A stretch of 64,000 bases of DNA from Vicugna vicugna (GCA_013265495.1 MU058844.1:10624184-10688183), one strand, 5' to 3'. Shown: positions 10,607-24,000, counted from the first letter of the stretch. Translations and numbers: made by a program. The notes: generated by a model from the sequence alone, not told the origin.

Positions 10607-13600
10607 TCCAAGCAAGTTCTTCCTGCACCATTAAACTAGATAACACGTACTTGCTTTTTCCTTCTGTGAAGGTTAATAGGAGAACCACCTGTGAGCCAAG
10701 CGGAGCTCAAAAATCATGAGAAGAGAACCAAAAAGAAGGCATTAAAAAGAGCAGGGTATACACTAGGCTAGTTACACAGAAGCTGGCAAGGGGAGAAGAG
10801 CTATTTGTTGAAAAAGAGCAAGGTTAGAGAAATCCGAGGGGCCAATCCCAGCTTTTCTACTTCACGCTTCAGCTTGACATGCGGTCTGTCCCCAGAAAAT
10901 GGGAGACTTGAAAAAAGAGAGAAGACAGGAGAAAGTAACTGATAATTAAATTGAGGCTGGAGAGGCACGGCAGTGGGAAGTAATAGAGAAAGGAATAGAG
11001 GAGAGAAAAGATATTTGAGAAGGAGAATAAAGGGGAAAAATTAGTTTTTCTGTTTTATCTTCCCTTAGCAAGAGGGTGGGGAGGGGGAAGAGAGACGATA
11101 AGGAAAATCAAACAACTAATGGACGGCAGAAAAAGCAGTAGGAGGATTTTGAGGGTCTTTTTTTGGTTGTGTGGGTTCCCTTCAAAAGGGATGAGAGCTG
11201 CTGCCTGACAAGGGGCTCAGTGGTGGGACCCTCATTACTAGTTCAACTGGGAAGAACGCAGGAGACATACCTGCAGTAATTCAAATCCACAGAAACAGTT
11301 TGATATGAATCTCAGATGACAGGGAGAATGGATGTATTTTGTACACTGTATCAGAAGGAAAAGTGCGAGGCACAGGGGTGATGTCCCCAAGCAAGCTAAG
11401 GCTAAAGACTGTTAGTTCTCTTCAGGATGGAAACGGAAGATACAGGTCACACGGCAGTTTCACTGAAAAACATGCTATATAGTATGCTGAAGTTCCATTA
11501 ACAGCAGCAAAGAGAGTTGGCATTAAGATAGGGAAACAGAACAGGGAGAAACAGAAAGCCATCGAGAGGTACACAAACACTCCACCTCCCACTTGCTATT
11601 AATCCAGAACAGAGAGGCATCCTGGCTGTTGTAGGAACAGCCGGCGGTGTCCTTGACAGGTGTGTCAACAAATCCTCTGAGCGGAAAGTGCCCGGAGACA
11701 AGTCCTAAACAAGGGCAAGGCGGCATGAGGGGTTCAGCAAGAAAGGAAGGGTAAGTGTGTTGGGGTTGGTAGCCCCTAAAAAAGGTTGCAGTTGGGTACT
11801 TTTAGGGGAGATGGAGGAAATTATTGATTGAATGGAGGAAATTATTTTCAAGGTTACATGCTGTTTATAGTTCTTTGAAAATGGATTTGAAGGTGCAGCA
11901 GTAATTCAGATAACCTAGTCAGAAAGAGGAAGAGTTAAGATAAAAATGCTGGGAGAAGATGGCTCTTACAGAGGAAGGAAAGCGCTTACCCAAGGAGAGA
12001 AGCCTGTGTGTGAAGTCCGTGGAAGAATAAAGAAAAAATGAGGAATAATGAGTCCCCAGAGAAGCCAATACAAGGAAAGTACCCCCCCACCCCGCCAAAA
12101 AAAAAAAAAAGACAAAAATATAACAGACTTTCTAAGGGATCTAAATTGCCAGAAAAAAAGTACAGGAGAGTCAGAGGCAAGAGAAGGGGTTAGATCACAG
12201 GAAAAATGGATAGTCCATTATATCTCAGTAAAACTGGGCAGGGGGGAAGCATATAATTTAAAATGACTTGGGGGTCTAAAATCCCAGGTATAGAGAAAGC
12301 ATTGATTACTGTAGGACTATGTAATACAAAAGCAGAGTCTAGAGGCAGAATGAAATTTTGCAATAAAGTACAAGCACTTTACAATACAGAGGGAAGTTAC
12401 CCTTCCTGAAGGGATTGGCTTGAGGGTTCTTGATACCATCAGTAGGGGAAGGATACCACGAGAGTTGGGGAATGGATTGCTGGAAAGGAAACACATGGAA
12501 TCCGACACGTGAGGGTGAATGTGTACAGGGGAAAGAAAGACCAACTTTGTGAATGTTCCTGTCTCTCAGAATCTCTATGAGCAAGAAGAATTAAGACAGC
12601 AGAAACGGGAGGAACCAGGTGAGAGACAACCGCTCTTTTGACAGACTCTTAGGAATTTTGCAAATTCAAAGGGTGACCTATGAAGATGACATCAGATTAG
12701 AGGATAAAGGCCATGGACCTAAGAAGGAAAATGATAAAACTATTACGTAAAGAAATATCAAAGGAGAGGCACACTTAGAAACGACACTACATGACAGCAA
12801 ATTCATTTTGGGTTGCAGGAAACAGAACAAGAACCATTGCCTGTTCTTGACTGTACCATGTTCTGCTGTGTTTTCAAACCTCTGAACATCCTGCTGCTTT
12901 GCCTGGTATAACCTCCGTCCCTTTGCTTTACTACTGGACTCCTCTTCTCAGCTGTCATCTCTCAGCCATTCTCGTCAGAGGTGGGCTCTTCTCCCCTACT
13001 TGTGTTTCTCGGACACCTTTCCAAACTCAGCACAGTACTTGTAATATACCCCAGGTGTCTGTCCCCTGTATCCCTCTTCCATTAAACAAGGCTTGTGTTT
13101 TCATCAGGTTTACCTGACCAAGTGTCTGTCATATGTCTAAAAGCCAGTATCAGTTCCAGGTCATGACAGGTTGAGTCTTGCTGTAGGAAAGGGCTAGGAT
13201 AGTGAAACGTGACAATTCTTTGTTTTTCTGCTATAGTAAGAAATTTGGAATCTGGGGGAAAATATGAAAAGCAATATTATATGCACTATGATGTTAAAAA
13301 AAATAGAACTGTCAGGCACATAACTGAAAATAAAGTTTCTGGAGAGTTAAGATATCATTTGGATTTCTTACTAAAACCAAAGAGAATACGGAAGTAGGGT
13401 TTTGGGAATCAAGCTTCCCAGGAGAGTAGACACGCCAAGGACAATGAATAAAGGTCATTAGTGGAAAAGCTAGACAGGACCAAACCACAAAAGAGGCAAA
13501 GAGAAAACAACCACAGTCACAGAGTAGGTTTTAAATATTATACATGGTAACACTGGGAATTCGGCTAGTTTGATGGTTGGAGAGAAACTGTACCTAGATT

Positions 13601-16020
13601 TATATATAATAATGCAACTACATTTTTTCTAGTGAAGAACTAGTAAGACTAAAATGCAATCAAAGATGTAAAAGAGCTTGGAAATATTGAACCTGTAAAT
13701 GAAACATATTAATATCATTTTCCTGCTAGTTTAGTATCAGTAGAATAACCATCTTTAAATGGTTTCCACTACTTCTTCATTATCAGACATTGAGCAGCTG
13801 GCTCTTCTAAAGATGCAAAAGAACCCTCATTACTTGATGATACAACAGCTGAGGTGGAATACTTGAATTTCTGAATGGGTATAAATCCCAATTACGACTA
13901 TGGCCCTTTTAGTCATTTCCAGGGGAATTATAACCCTCTATGGATGGAACGCTAGAAGAACTGGAAGGCTTCTTTACTTGAGATGAAGAAAAAGTACCTG
14001 CTTTTGAACCATGTTGCATCTACTTGATGGTTTCAGTGTCACTGGGAAAATGATACAATCAGATTGTGGGTAATGGAAACAGAGCTTTTCTCATGCACAA
14101 CCCATTTAATTCAGTTTTCAGATACAGATGACAGTACACAGGGCAGCAAAACTACAGGCACATAGATCAAGAACTGGAATTTAGATTTTCATCTCGGCTA
14201 TATAGCTGACTTGAAGGAACGTGAAGGAATGTGCTTAACTTCGGTTACCTCCTTCACAAAGTAGATTACAGATCTCAGAGGTGTTAAGTCAGCACCTCTA
14301 ACAACATCTACATTAACCTCAGTTTCTTACTGAAGCTGTCCTATCTGCATATTACTTCTGTTTCAGGGTTTTTGACTTTTACTTCTTCGATGGTGATCTT
14401 CTGTTCTCATTCACTTCTGCTTAAAGGTTATGCAGCTAATTAGTGCGTTTCTCATGTAGGTCTTCAACGCGTTGTGTGTTGTGGCAGACTTAACAGCAGA
14501 AGTCAAGATCATCTCTAAGTATATTTGGAATTCAATTTGCCAAGAGTTCACAGATTGTTCATTTTGCGGAAATAATTTAGCTTCCACCTGGTTTGCCTAG
14601 GGGAAAGTTCACTGGTGTTCATGGCTAAGAAAATCAGAGCATCATTAGAGAGTTCAGTGGTCCCTTGCATGGAAATGTGGATGTCACGGAATACACAGTG
14701 CAAGAAGAGAGTGTATCTGCAGATGAGCATGGGGGGAATCCAAACAGAAGTTCTTCTCTTCAGACAAAGCGGACAGGCGTGCCTTCTCTCCTTTGTTCTG
14801 CCTGCATTCAGACTGACGGCTGGAGTGACCCTGCTGAGATGCCGGGGGTTTTAGCTCCGTAGAGTACGTTGCAGATTTTTATGAGAAATGACGACTAAAA
14901 GAATTTTCTAAAACAAATAATGCAACTGTAACTCAAGGCATTTTAAACTACAATAATTTTCCTCTTTAGTTGTAATGGCATTCGGTTTTTGACTTTAGAA
15001 CATCGTATTTTTAATGAGGGAAACTTAGCTTCTAGAAAATGTGAATGAGAAAACGGACCCGTAAAGTTCTGGTCAGTTTCATCAGATTTTTATCATCTTA
15101 CTAGGATTTAGTTTTGATCGTTGGTTTTTCAGCTATGATTTTATTTTGTGATATCCTGTTCATGGAGATCAATATAAAAATTTTTTAAAAAGAGAACTTT
15201 TTCACATCTGCAATCCCATAAAAGCATATTTGCCAACACTGTGCCTTCAAGTGGTTTGCAGATTGCCATGGTAATCTATCTCAGAAAAGCAGTAACCATT
15301 ATTGTTCAGTAAATTCTGCAAATTAACAGCCTGAGGTAATCCTTACTGCCACTGCTTTAATGCGCACCTGAGGCAAATAAGTGAAAATGACAAATTTTAA
15401 AAATCACCATACAAACTTCAGATGACCACCCAAAATCTTTCAACTCAGAGAAAGAATGGGTGAGATCTAAGGGGCATTATTTTCAATCTGAAGCTGAAAA
15501 GAATATGTATAATACTGTGTTATCTCAAAAAAAGGCCTCAGGCAGTTGGAGTCCTTGAATATTTGAAAGTATTTGGCCAAAAGTGATGAATCATAAATGC
15601 ATATGACTGCTTTTTTAAGATAAGAAAGAAGAGTCTAACTGGGTTAAACATATAGGGAAAAAACACACACAAAAAAAGTAAAGAAAAGGTGTATTATTTT
15701 AAAAGGTTACTTTCAAATATATCCAGAGTGAAGTAAAGGTGGGGAAATGACCCCAGGATGTCCCTTGAAGGTGACAAGGGTACAGAGTCAGGTGGGAAAT
15801 CTTTCTGAAAGAAGCTGTTATTAGTAGAAATTAAGAATATTCATTTGTGTGTGAGGGTAAAATCGAACAGCTTACAGAGTTAACTGGGGACGATTTTTCT
15901 TGGGGTCACTGAGAAACAGTTTCCTGTGGTTACAAATAAGGTACATCAAGAAAGGAAAATGGTTTGGAGGTTAAGTCTTTACTCCTGAAAGGTTTCTCAG
16001 AGCTGATTTTAGAGATCGTT

Positions 16021-16261
16021 AGTGCCATGGTTAAGATGGCAGTTAGTCTGCTGAGTTCAAATTTTGACCTATTGCTTACTAGCTGTGTGATCTGGAAACA
16101 TTCTTAACCTTGGGTGGGAATTTGCATCCTTACGAATAGAATGGGGATGATGATAGAAAAGCTAAATCAAAGGACCATTGTGAGGATTAAAGAGTTAATA
16201 CACCTGATGTGCTTACGGCAGATGTGTCCTTGGCATACGGGAAGTGCTCAATAAACGTTAG
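16021..16261 (+). mobile_element. MIR SINE
   Basis: gagttcaaatt...cttactagctgtgtgatctgg...aatggggatgatgatag...ttgtgaggattaaa...aagtgctcaataaacgttag. Confidence 0.8.
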
Positions 16262-17127
16262 TCCTTGTTGATCTCGGGGGGTCTTTTACGGATACGCGTC
16301 TACGTGTTGGATCCTTCATAGAATTTATTCCCCATCCTCACAGGCATGGAATACAGGTTATCATTACCTTCATTTCAACAGACAGGTAGATGCTCAGCCC
16401 TGTGGAGTCACTTTGTTAAGGTGATGTGGTTATTAGAACCCAGAACATAGCTGGTTAAGCACCAAAGTCCACGCCGTTTCCTCTGAGTGGTAAAACTTCT
16501 GAAATCTTAATTTTCTTTTCATATTGGGTTATTATTCAATAGTATTTAAGACTCAGTAAGATATTGTTAGCACAAGATGCTGAACTGGGAAAGAAAAAAT
16601 AAATCACATGGCAGCATTTCCCCAGTGTAAGTGTTCACAGCCAGATTCTTCATCTCTCATATTATACATCGTCTGTTAAGCAATTGGTAATTGCTTTCAT
16701 GTCTTCCTGAATGCACAAGAATCAGCAGGCTACAATTCCTGAATGACCGTCTCAAGGTCTTCCATGGATCTACAGACTCGGGATGAAAGGTTTCCTAGGG
16801 GAGCAGAAGTGGGTCCAAACATAAGCTCCCTGATTTTTCCTCACGTTCCTGAGGTTGCCTGAGTTAAGTATATTGACTAAAAGGTGATGTATTACACTAC
16901 CTTGAGTCGGGAGGGATAATAAAATGTACTGTCCTCTCCTCAAAAGGATTGAGTGAGGTCAAATAAGAAAAAAAAAAGGTAGAAGGAAAAGCTCTCTGCA
17001 GAAGGGAGGATAAATAAATGCGAGAAAGGGATTATTTTAAAGCAGTGAATTAGAAAAATATCAAAGCAAGCCACCTCTGCACATGTGCTAAGTGCGACTG
17101 CCTCTGTTCGCAGGTGGCCGGAGGTCA

Positions 17128-17455
17128 GCGATGTAGTGCAGGGACAGCTTTGGGCTGAAGCAGGAGGTCAGGTAGACCAAGATGGGAAGCCCTGGTCAGG
17201 CTGTGGGCTGAAGCACCTGTCGGGCTGAAGCAGGAGGTCAGGTAGACCAAGATGGGAAGCCCTGGTCTGCCACTTCGTAGCTAATGACTTTGGGGAGATG
17301 GTTTCATCTCCCCAAGACTCAGTTTCCTACTGGATAAAATGAGGATAATAATATACTGATCTCAGCTGGTGGTTGTGGGGATCACGTGGGCTGGGACACA
17401 TCAAGTGCTTAGAACAATGCCTGGTACGTGGTAAGTGCGCAATGCACACTAGTCC
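17128..17455 (+). mobile_element. MIR SINE carrying an internal 46-bp duplication
   Basis: ctgccacttcgtagct..tgactttgggg...ctcagtttcct..tggataaaatgaggataataata...aagtgcttagaacaatgcctggtacgtggtaagtgcgcaat. Confidence 0.8.
17152..17267. repeat. Perfect 46-bp direct repeat (17152-17197 and 17222-17267)
   Basis: gggctgaagcaggaggtcaggtagaccaagatgggaagccctggtc occurs twice; the 24-bp spacer holds a third partial copy, gggctgaagca. Confidence 0.97.
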
Positions 17456-17643
17456 CTTTATGGACAGAAACGCTACTAAGGATGGTAAATGATTAAGGGT
17501 GACTTTTTTTTTCTTTTGCAAAATAATATTTATGTGTATGCAAAATCCATCTTTGTGTGTATGACACCCTGCTCAGCTGGTGTTAGGGACAGTGCCTGGC
17601 CCATCACAGACACTTATATTTTTGTTGTATTAATTAATGAAGG

Positions 17644-17687
17644 ATGACGTCATGCGAATGTTGATATAGAGTTGTTCCTCTGAGTCA
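17644..17687. promoter_or_regulatory. Palindromic CRE plus AP-1 site pair
   Basis: ATGACGTCAT at 17644-17653 and TGAGTCA at 17681-17687. Confidence 0.4.
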
Positions 17688-18409
17688 GCCCTCTTATGAG
17701 TTTGTTCTTGGACACCCAGGAGAGCCCGGGCTGTGGACAGCCAGGTGTGGGGCCCAGTGAGATGTCTACATGGAGATGTGCATCTCACTGCCTTGGGCCC
17801 CACCCAGCATCCTCCTTTGACAGTGAGCTCAGGGTCTCCTCACACGGTGGGTCTCTCCGGGTTGAAGTCCTACCGCTAGCTCCTACCCTTGGGTGAAACA
17901 TGATTTGGATTTTGTTCCTCACTTCGCCCCTCAGTGGTCCTGAGCTTGGACCAGCTCGGGGACGAGCAGGTGGCAGTTGTGCTTTAGGACACCTGGCTGC
18001 GAACTGGGAGGAGGGGAAACGGAAATCGGGAGGTTGATGAGGAAGCCGGAAAATGTACTCACTTAAACTGCAAGAATGACGGTCATTTTCCTCATGTTCT
18101 GTTCTTCAGAACATTTTCTCCTTGGGAGATCTTTTTTCTTGAAGAAAGGATATGGCTTTTGGCTTTATTTTTGAGCAATTTAGAAAAATACTGAGTGTTA
18201 AGGGGATGATGGGATCAGAAAAATTCAGCAGTGCAGTCGGATTGCGGGTCTTGTACTACTGAGAGCATTAAATACGATGTGGAAAGCATTTCCATGAAAC
18301 AAGTTTGTGGTGAGGGAACAGGAGGGTGTTAATTCGATCCTAAATGGAAATGAATTCTGTTTTAATCAACATGGCCAAAAGAGAACTTACTGTTTTTCCT
18401 TAAAATTAG

Positions 18410-19000
18410 TGCCTCTTTCTCTAATTTCATTGATTGCCCTGTTGGCTCAGTTCACCAAGCTAGAGTTGGAATCACTTTCAATGGTTCTCAAGCCCTCACC
18501 CTACTATCTAATGGGAAACAAATTTCTATACATCTATTTCTTTAAGAACTCAAATTTGAACTTTTAAAATCTTCACTGGCACGTGCTTTCGTGGACTCTG
18601 CCACATCCTCTTAGAAGGAGCAAGAGCATCTAATTTATGTTCATACGGCCAAGGGATTCGCTTTCAAACCACAGAGCTGATAGGGCCACTGGCAGCTTTC
18701 ATACCCTCCCAGCTCCCAATTATGAGAATAAAGTGTCAACTCTCACATTCAAGGCCCTCAAGTATTACCCTGATTTATTTTTCTGGCTTAGCCTCTGCCC
18801 CCCATCATTCCGCTCTCATGCGCACTAGATCCAACCAGATCTTATCTTTCTCTAAATGTCTCAAATGCTCATTCTGCTTCCCCAGCTTGGACGTCCTTAT
18901 TCTTGACCTGTTGAATTCCTAATCATCCTTTATAACCCCCTTCAAATTCACCTTCTGATCATCCCTTCTGAACTTGCCTCTGGACAGCAGTGTGTGCTGT
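18410..19000 (+). mobile_element. LINE-2 fragment
   Basis: L2-like motifs (aataaagtgtcaactctcacattcaaggccctc; aattcctaatcatccttt..ttcaaattcaccttct). Confidence 0.6.
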
Positions 19001-20784
19001 GTAGCACCTGTGAACTCCTTGAGTGGGGAAAAAACCCCACGTTTAATGCACCTGTATATCACCGGGGCCCATGTTGGGTGGATCTGTTTGCTGCATTGAG
19101 GCATCAGATGGATGAAGACTCTTCCATCAAGGAGCCATTTCCTTTGCATATGGATTTTCATTTGAGACAGTTAAATGGAGAAGGTACAGAACATAGCTGC
19201 TTTTATAGGAGGTGTTCAGTACATACAGTGGATCGATGGCTGGAAAATGGGGGAGGGATTTTTCGGGTTGGGTCACCTGGAGCACAGGCTCAGACTGCCC
19301 TGAGTTACAATACAGACTCGGTAACTTAACGGTCGTATGACTTTGCGGGGCGGGGGGGGGTCCCTCTTCCTTTTCCTTTATAAAATGGGGATAACAGTAC
19401 TTCCAACACTGTGTAGGACGGCTATAGATATGAAGCAAAACGTACAGCCTGGAACACAGTGCTCTTAATTTTACCGAAATAAAGGAACTTTGACATACAA
19501 GTTTAGAAATTGGTGGTGTATCAATAGTACTCCTGAACAGACAGGGAAAAAAAAAATCTGTGTTAACAGATGCATGAAAGAAATCTAGGGCTTATTGCCA
19601 CAGGATGTGGCCTAGGCTGAACTGTCAAGTTTATAGTAACAGAAGGCACACAGCTGCCTTTTAACTATTATATAGTTCCTCTTAAACTATTCCGTTTACA
19701 CATAAACTATTAAGTATTACACACAGCTATTATCATGTCAACTTTGATGTGATTCCTGTCTTTGGTTGCCACTAAGGGAAAGCTTCAATTTCATAACTTG
19801 ATTTCCGGTCGCAAGCGTTAACCTTTGAGCTCAGACGTAAAAAGACACGATCTTACACCAGCCGCTTTGGTATCTGATTCCGGAGTCATCTTAAGACACT
19901 TTCTTTCTAGGTTCGCCATGGAGGTTTTTGCTGTTCGCGGACAGCATATTTATCTGGGCCATTGGCAGGGTGTGTGTGTGGGAATCTGAAGAAGTCGCTG
20001 GAATGAACACAACCATTAGGACTTTAAGATGCCACTCAACGGCCATTCATTTAAAGGCTATTACCAATCAGCTGCCTCTTGCAGGCAGAGGGAAAAAAAA
20101 TAATCTGTGGGTTGGAGACACTTGAAATCAGAGATGAGCAGGGAGATGCTCTCCCATTTCCAAACAGGGAGCCAGGATGTCAAACATTTTTAGTTTCTCT
20201 AAAGACAAAGCTCTCTCTTCTGGATTTTTTCTTTTTTAAAGGGCTGAATGAACTAAATCCTTCCCGCCCCCGTGTTTGCCGTAATAATATCCCGCATGTC
20301 GTTGCCCCCCCCCCCCCCCCCAGCTTCCTGCGGCCCGCCCCCCTTCCCTCGTGTGCCCCCCTTTTCTGCTTTCCCCTTTAGGCACGTTAATATTATTATT
20401 TTTGACACCATGGAAAACTTATTAACTATAGCTTGTCACAGGCCTCTCAGACTGAACAGCCCAACTACAGCTTGGGGAGGAGAAGTCATACGAGCTAAAG
20501 GTCTTCTGGACTGCCAGGCACCGTGAAAAGTCATAGTAGTTGAGTTTTTCCATACTGAAGCTAAAATTAACTGTCGATAAATGGCAACAAAACCTCTGCC
20601 GCGTGTTGTTGGACTACCCTTTCTGAGAACATTGTATGGCATGATTTATGCTTGATGTATTTTTCTTCTCCATCGATAAATATGGTCTTGCTATTTTAAA
20701 AGAGTAGGGGCAAATTTAAGGAACATTAGTTCTTGTGTGAATTATAAAAGCCCAAGAGTGTAGAAGGAGGAAAAACAGAGAGGC

Positions 20785-21025
20785 AGCTAATGCTTCTTGC
20801 GTGCTTCCTAGTTCTGGGTATCTTCACGTACAGCATCTTATTACATTGGTCTGTGATGATGATTTTGTTGTTGTTGTTGTTGTTAAGGTGTAATTGACAT
20901 GATGGTAAGATTGTGTGTTCTCTGTCTTACGCATAAGGGAATTAAAGCACAGAGAGGTTAGCTGACTTCCCCAAGTTTGCACAGCCATGAATGGCATCAG
21001 CAATGTGAACAGAGGTCTGCCTAAG
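20785..21025 (-). mobile_element. MIR SINE (antisense) with internal (TTG)n
   Basis: ataagggaattaaagcacagagaggttagctgacttccccaagtttgcacagc; (ttg)n at about 20866-20884. Confidence 0.65.
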
Positions 21026-24000
21026 ACCCTTCTTGGTCCATGGCTTGCTGCAGCTACATAAATCAGTACAAAATGAAGGAAATCACAGGCCTTACATGAA
21101 ATGGACAGCCCTGTCTCTGCTTCCCATGAACTGTAGGTTTCCCCAAAATGATTTTATATATATTTGAATTACACAAAGCTGGCATTTATAAATAGACTTG
21201 ATATCGAAAGGGTGATAAACAAGGTCAACAGTTAAATTTTTCTGACATGAAATAAGTGCCTAACAGTATTTATTTCCCTTATTAGGCACCCAATGCTTTG
21301 TTTTTCCACATCTACCATGAATGAGGGCGTATTCTTTTTTTCGTTTTGTTTCTTTTAGGCCATAACTTAAGAGTTACAAATATTTATTAAACTGTTCATA
21401 ACTTGAAAGGCAGAACAATGAAACTTTCACAAACAAAAACAGTGTGAGGAATCACTCTTCTGATAAGTCACTCTATGACTACTTAAATATAATGAATAAA
21501 ACTCAAGCTAGGTTTCCTGGCAGTTATAGAAGGTACTGCTAGGAATATCCACTTGAAATAATTGTTTTTTTAAAAAAAGAATAAATTTAAAACAAATTAA
21601 GGCCATCAAAAGGTGAGAGAAAAACAATCATTTGTAGCTACACAGCTTTTCCCCACCAAAGTGTACTCTGTCAGGTTCTGTCTGAAGCTGTCATTGAGGA
21701 AATGACACAGTAAATACTGGGAAGTCTTGTTCTCTGAGCTTCTGGGAGGCTAGCCAGGAAGTCAAATCTCCTTAGCTTCACAAGCAGCCAAAGGACTTGC
21801 AGAAATAAATGCCTGGTTCAGCCTCCCCCAGGCCTCACACTCCCCCTGCGAAGCTCCTCACTTATGTGGGATTCAGATATCAGAGCAGAATATCCAAGGG
21901 TTCCTAGGTTTTACTGCAGCGGAGCAAACCTGCCAAACACCAGTTTCTGGAGGTGTCCAGGGGATGGAAACAAAAGATTTGATGGCGGCTTACACTGGAA
22001 CTCAGCTGGCATGAAAAATGCAGCTGGTTTACAGTCCATGCTGCAAGGAAGCATTCTGGATCAATACGATTGTGTGATAGTATCTCAAAGGTGTTGAAAG
22101 CTTTTCAACAATATTTTCTGCTGCCTTAACCCAAGGTCTAAGTCTTGATCTTCTCATTTTGCCCCATTCCTTTGTAAGGCATGGAAACATTCACCACAAA
22201 AACTTCCCTTTGCCAGTCAAGACTGTATTTCAGCCTGTTGTACCCCCTTCCAGATTTCTCACTTTGCCGGTGACGTTAAGACGTGTGCGCTCCCACACAT
22301 CACAGACGCCACAGAAGTGCGGCAGGCATGCTCTTGGTTATTTTTAAATGTTAATCTGTTTGGACCTTCCTGTATTCTAATTACTCTGGGGCAGATACTC
22401 AACACTTTTCCGGAATAATCTAGGGGAAAATTTCTGGGGCAAACTAATTTGGAGAAAGGGAAAGAGAAATGCATCAGCTGAATGTTAAGTTCACATGGAA
22501 ACTCATCCACTATGTGTGCATTACAGCTGCCGAGGGTCTTGAGAACAGGAAGGGGAATGAAAGAGGGATCACGTGGGTTTACCTTCATTTTCTTAGAACT
22601 CAAGGTAAAAAGCACTGAAAAACCCTGCGCTGAAGCCAGAATATACTAGACTGAATTATGAAGGAGTTGTCACTTTTTATATCAAACGTACATGTGTGTG
22701 CATTTATATTTGTACAAGTAAGTTAAAAATGGGACCACAATATCATCTTAGCATCCTGAGACAATATTCTCTTGTTCTTAGGTCCCCAGGTTACCTTCAG
22801 CCATATGCAGATTTTCGAAAAGCCTACAACACAAGCATCTATATGTATATTTAAAATTTTATATTCTGCCTTTTCTGCTTAATGTACTAAAGCATTTTCC
22901 TGTGTTGTCATGTCTAATGGCTGTCTCCCATTCCAGTAAATGGTGGTGGAAGTAATCATTTTCTGGGTGTTGTACACTGAGCCTACTTCAGTGTGTGAAA
23001 TGGTAAGTTAGAGTAAGTTGGCTTCCATGTATTTGAATTTCTATGGTGTTGAGATAGGATGGCCAGAGGCTTAGCTTGTTACTGCTTCTGTTTGTAAGAA
23101 CCCTTTACAACGTGGAATTTCCCATCTCTGGTCAGACTATTTCGCTGTAAGTAACCTTCATTAAAAATACATTTTTTCCAACCTGGTACTTTTTTTTTTC
23201 TTTTAAATACACGCTCCCTGGTAGAAAAGTCAGCACGCTATGAGTTTCATTTTTATTGCGTTGGTCTAACTCTCTGCTGAGATTTTGCTGCCTGTGGGCA
23301 CTTGCCCAAGAAAGTTAGCCAGAGGCTGATATATGGAAATCCACTCTGCTTAATCAACTCCCCCAAATCTATCACTGTAGTCCAGAGCTCCAGGAATCCG
23401 TTTCTGCCATTTTTCACTGTCAGAAATGGATTACTTTGAAAGAGACTAAAACCCTAGGTCCTCCTGTCACTGTTTGTCAGAGTAATTGGAGAGGGCGTGT
23501 CCCACTGTGATAGGTCCTATGAAAATGCAAGGAGAGATTAGAAGTTAAAAAGCAAAGAGGAAGTACCTGTAAGCCTTGATGTAGATTGATGCTACAGCTC
23601 TTTTGCTTTCATGGCTTTGCTTTTTAAGCATCTCTTTGATGAATCACAGGACTAGATCCCATGAGAGATCACCTTGTCTATTCCCTTACCTTGAAGCAGG
23701 GCTACAAATCTATGTCCCAGTTCTTATTTTTAAAAACCCTCCAGGGAGGTCGGCTCTTTTGAGAGAGCTGTTGCAACATTTAATGCTGCCAGGGCGGTCT
23801 TTTGGGGTTCCATGCCACATGGGAAGGGCTTTATTTTTATTTGGACTTCAGGGACTTCAAAAGGTCATTCTAAGCTGCCTCAAATAGATATTTTGCCCCC
23901 AATTAATGGACCTTCACGACTCCATTCTCTCCTTCAGAGAAAGAGATTGTGGTTTATGAGATCCCAAATCAGGTTGCCAACTACCACAGACGCCACAGCT

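Larger units (their letters stand above)
10399..10620. repeat. Perfect 46-bp dispersed direct repeat (10399-10444 and 10575-10620)
   Basis: aagttctgccacaagccacctccagggggcgctccaagcaagttct occurs twice, offset by 176 bp. Confidence 0.97.

Noticed and set aside
10399..17267. Repeat-spacer-repeat patterns superficially like CRISPR arrays
   Set aside because: Only two copies each, the two repeats are unrelated, the context is a mammalian intron and there are no cas genes.
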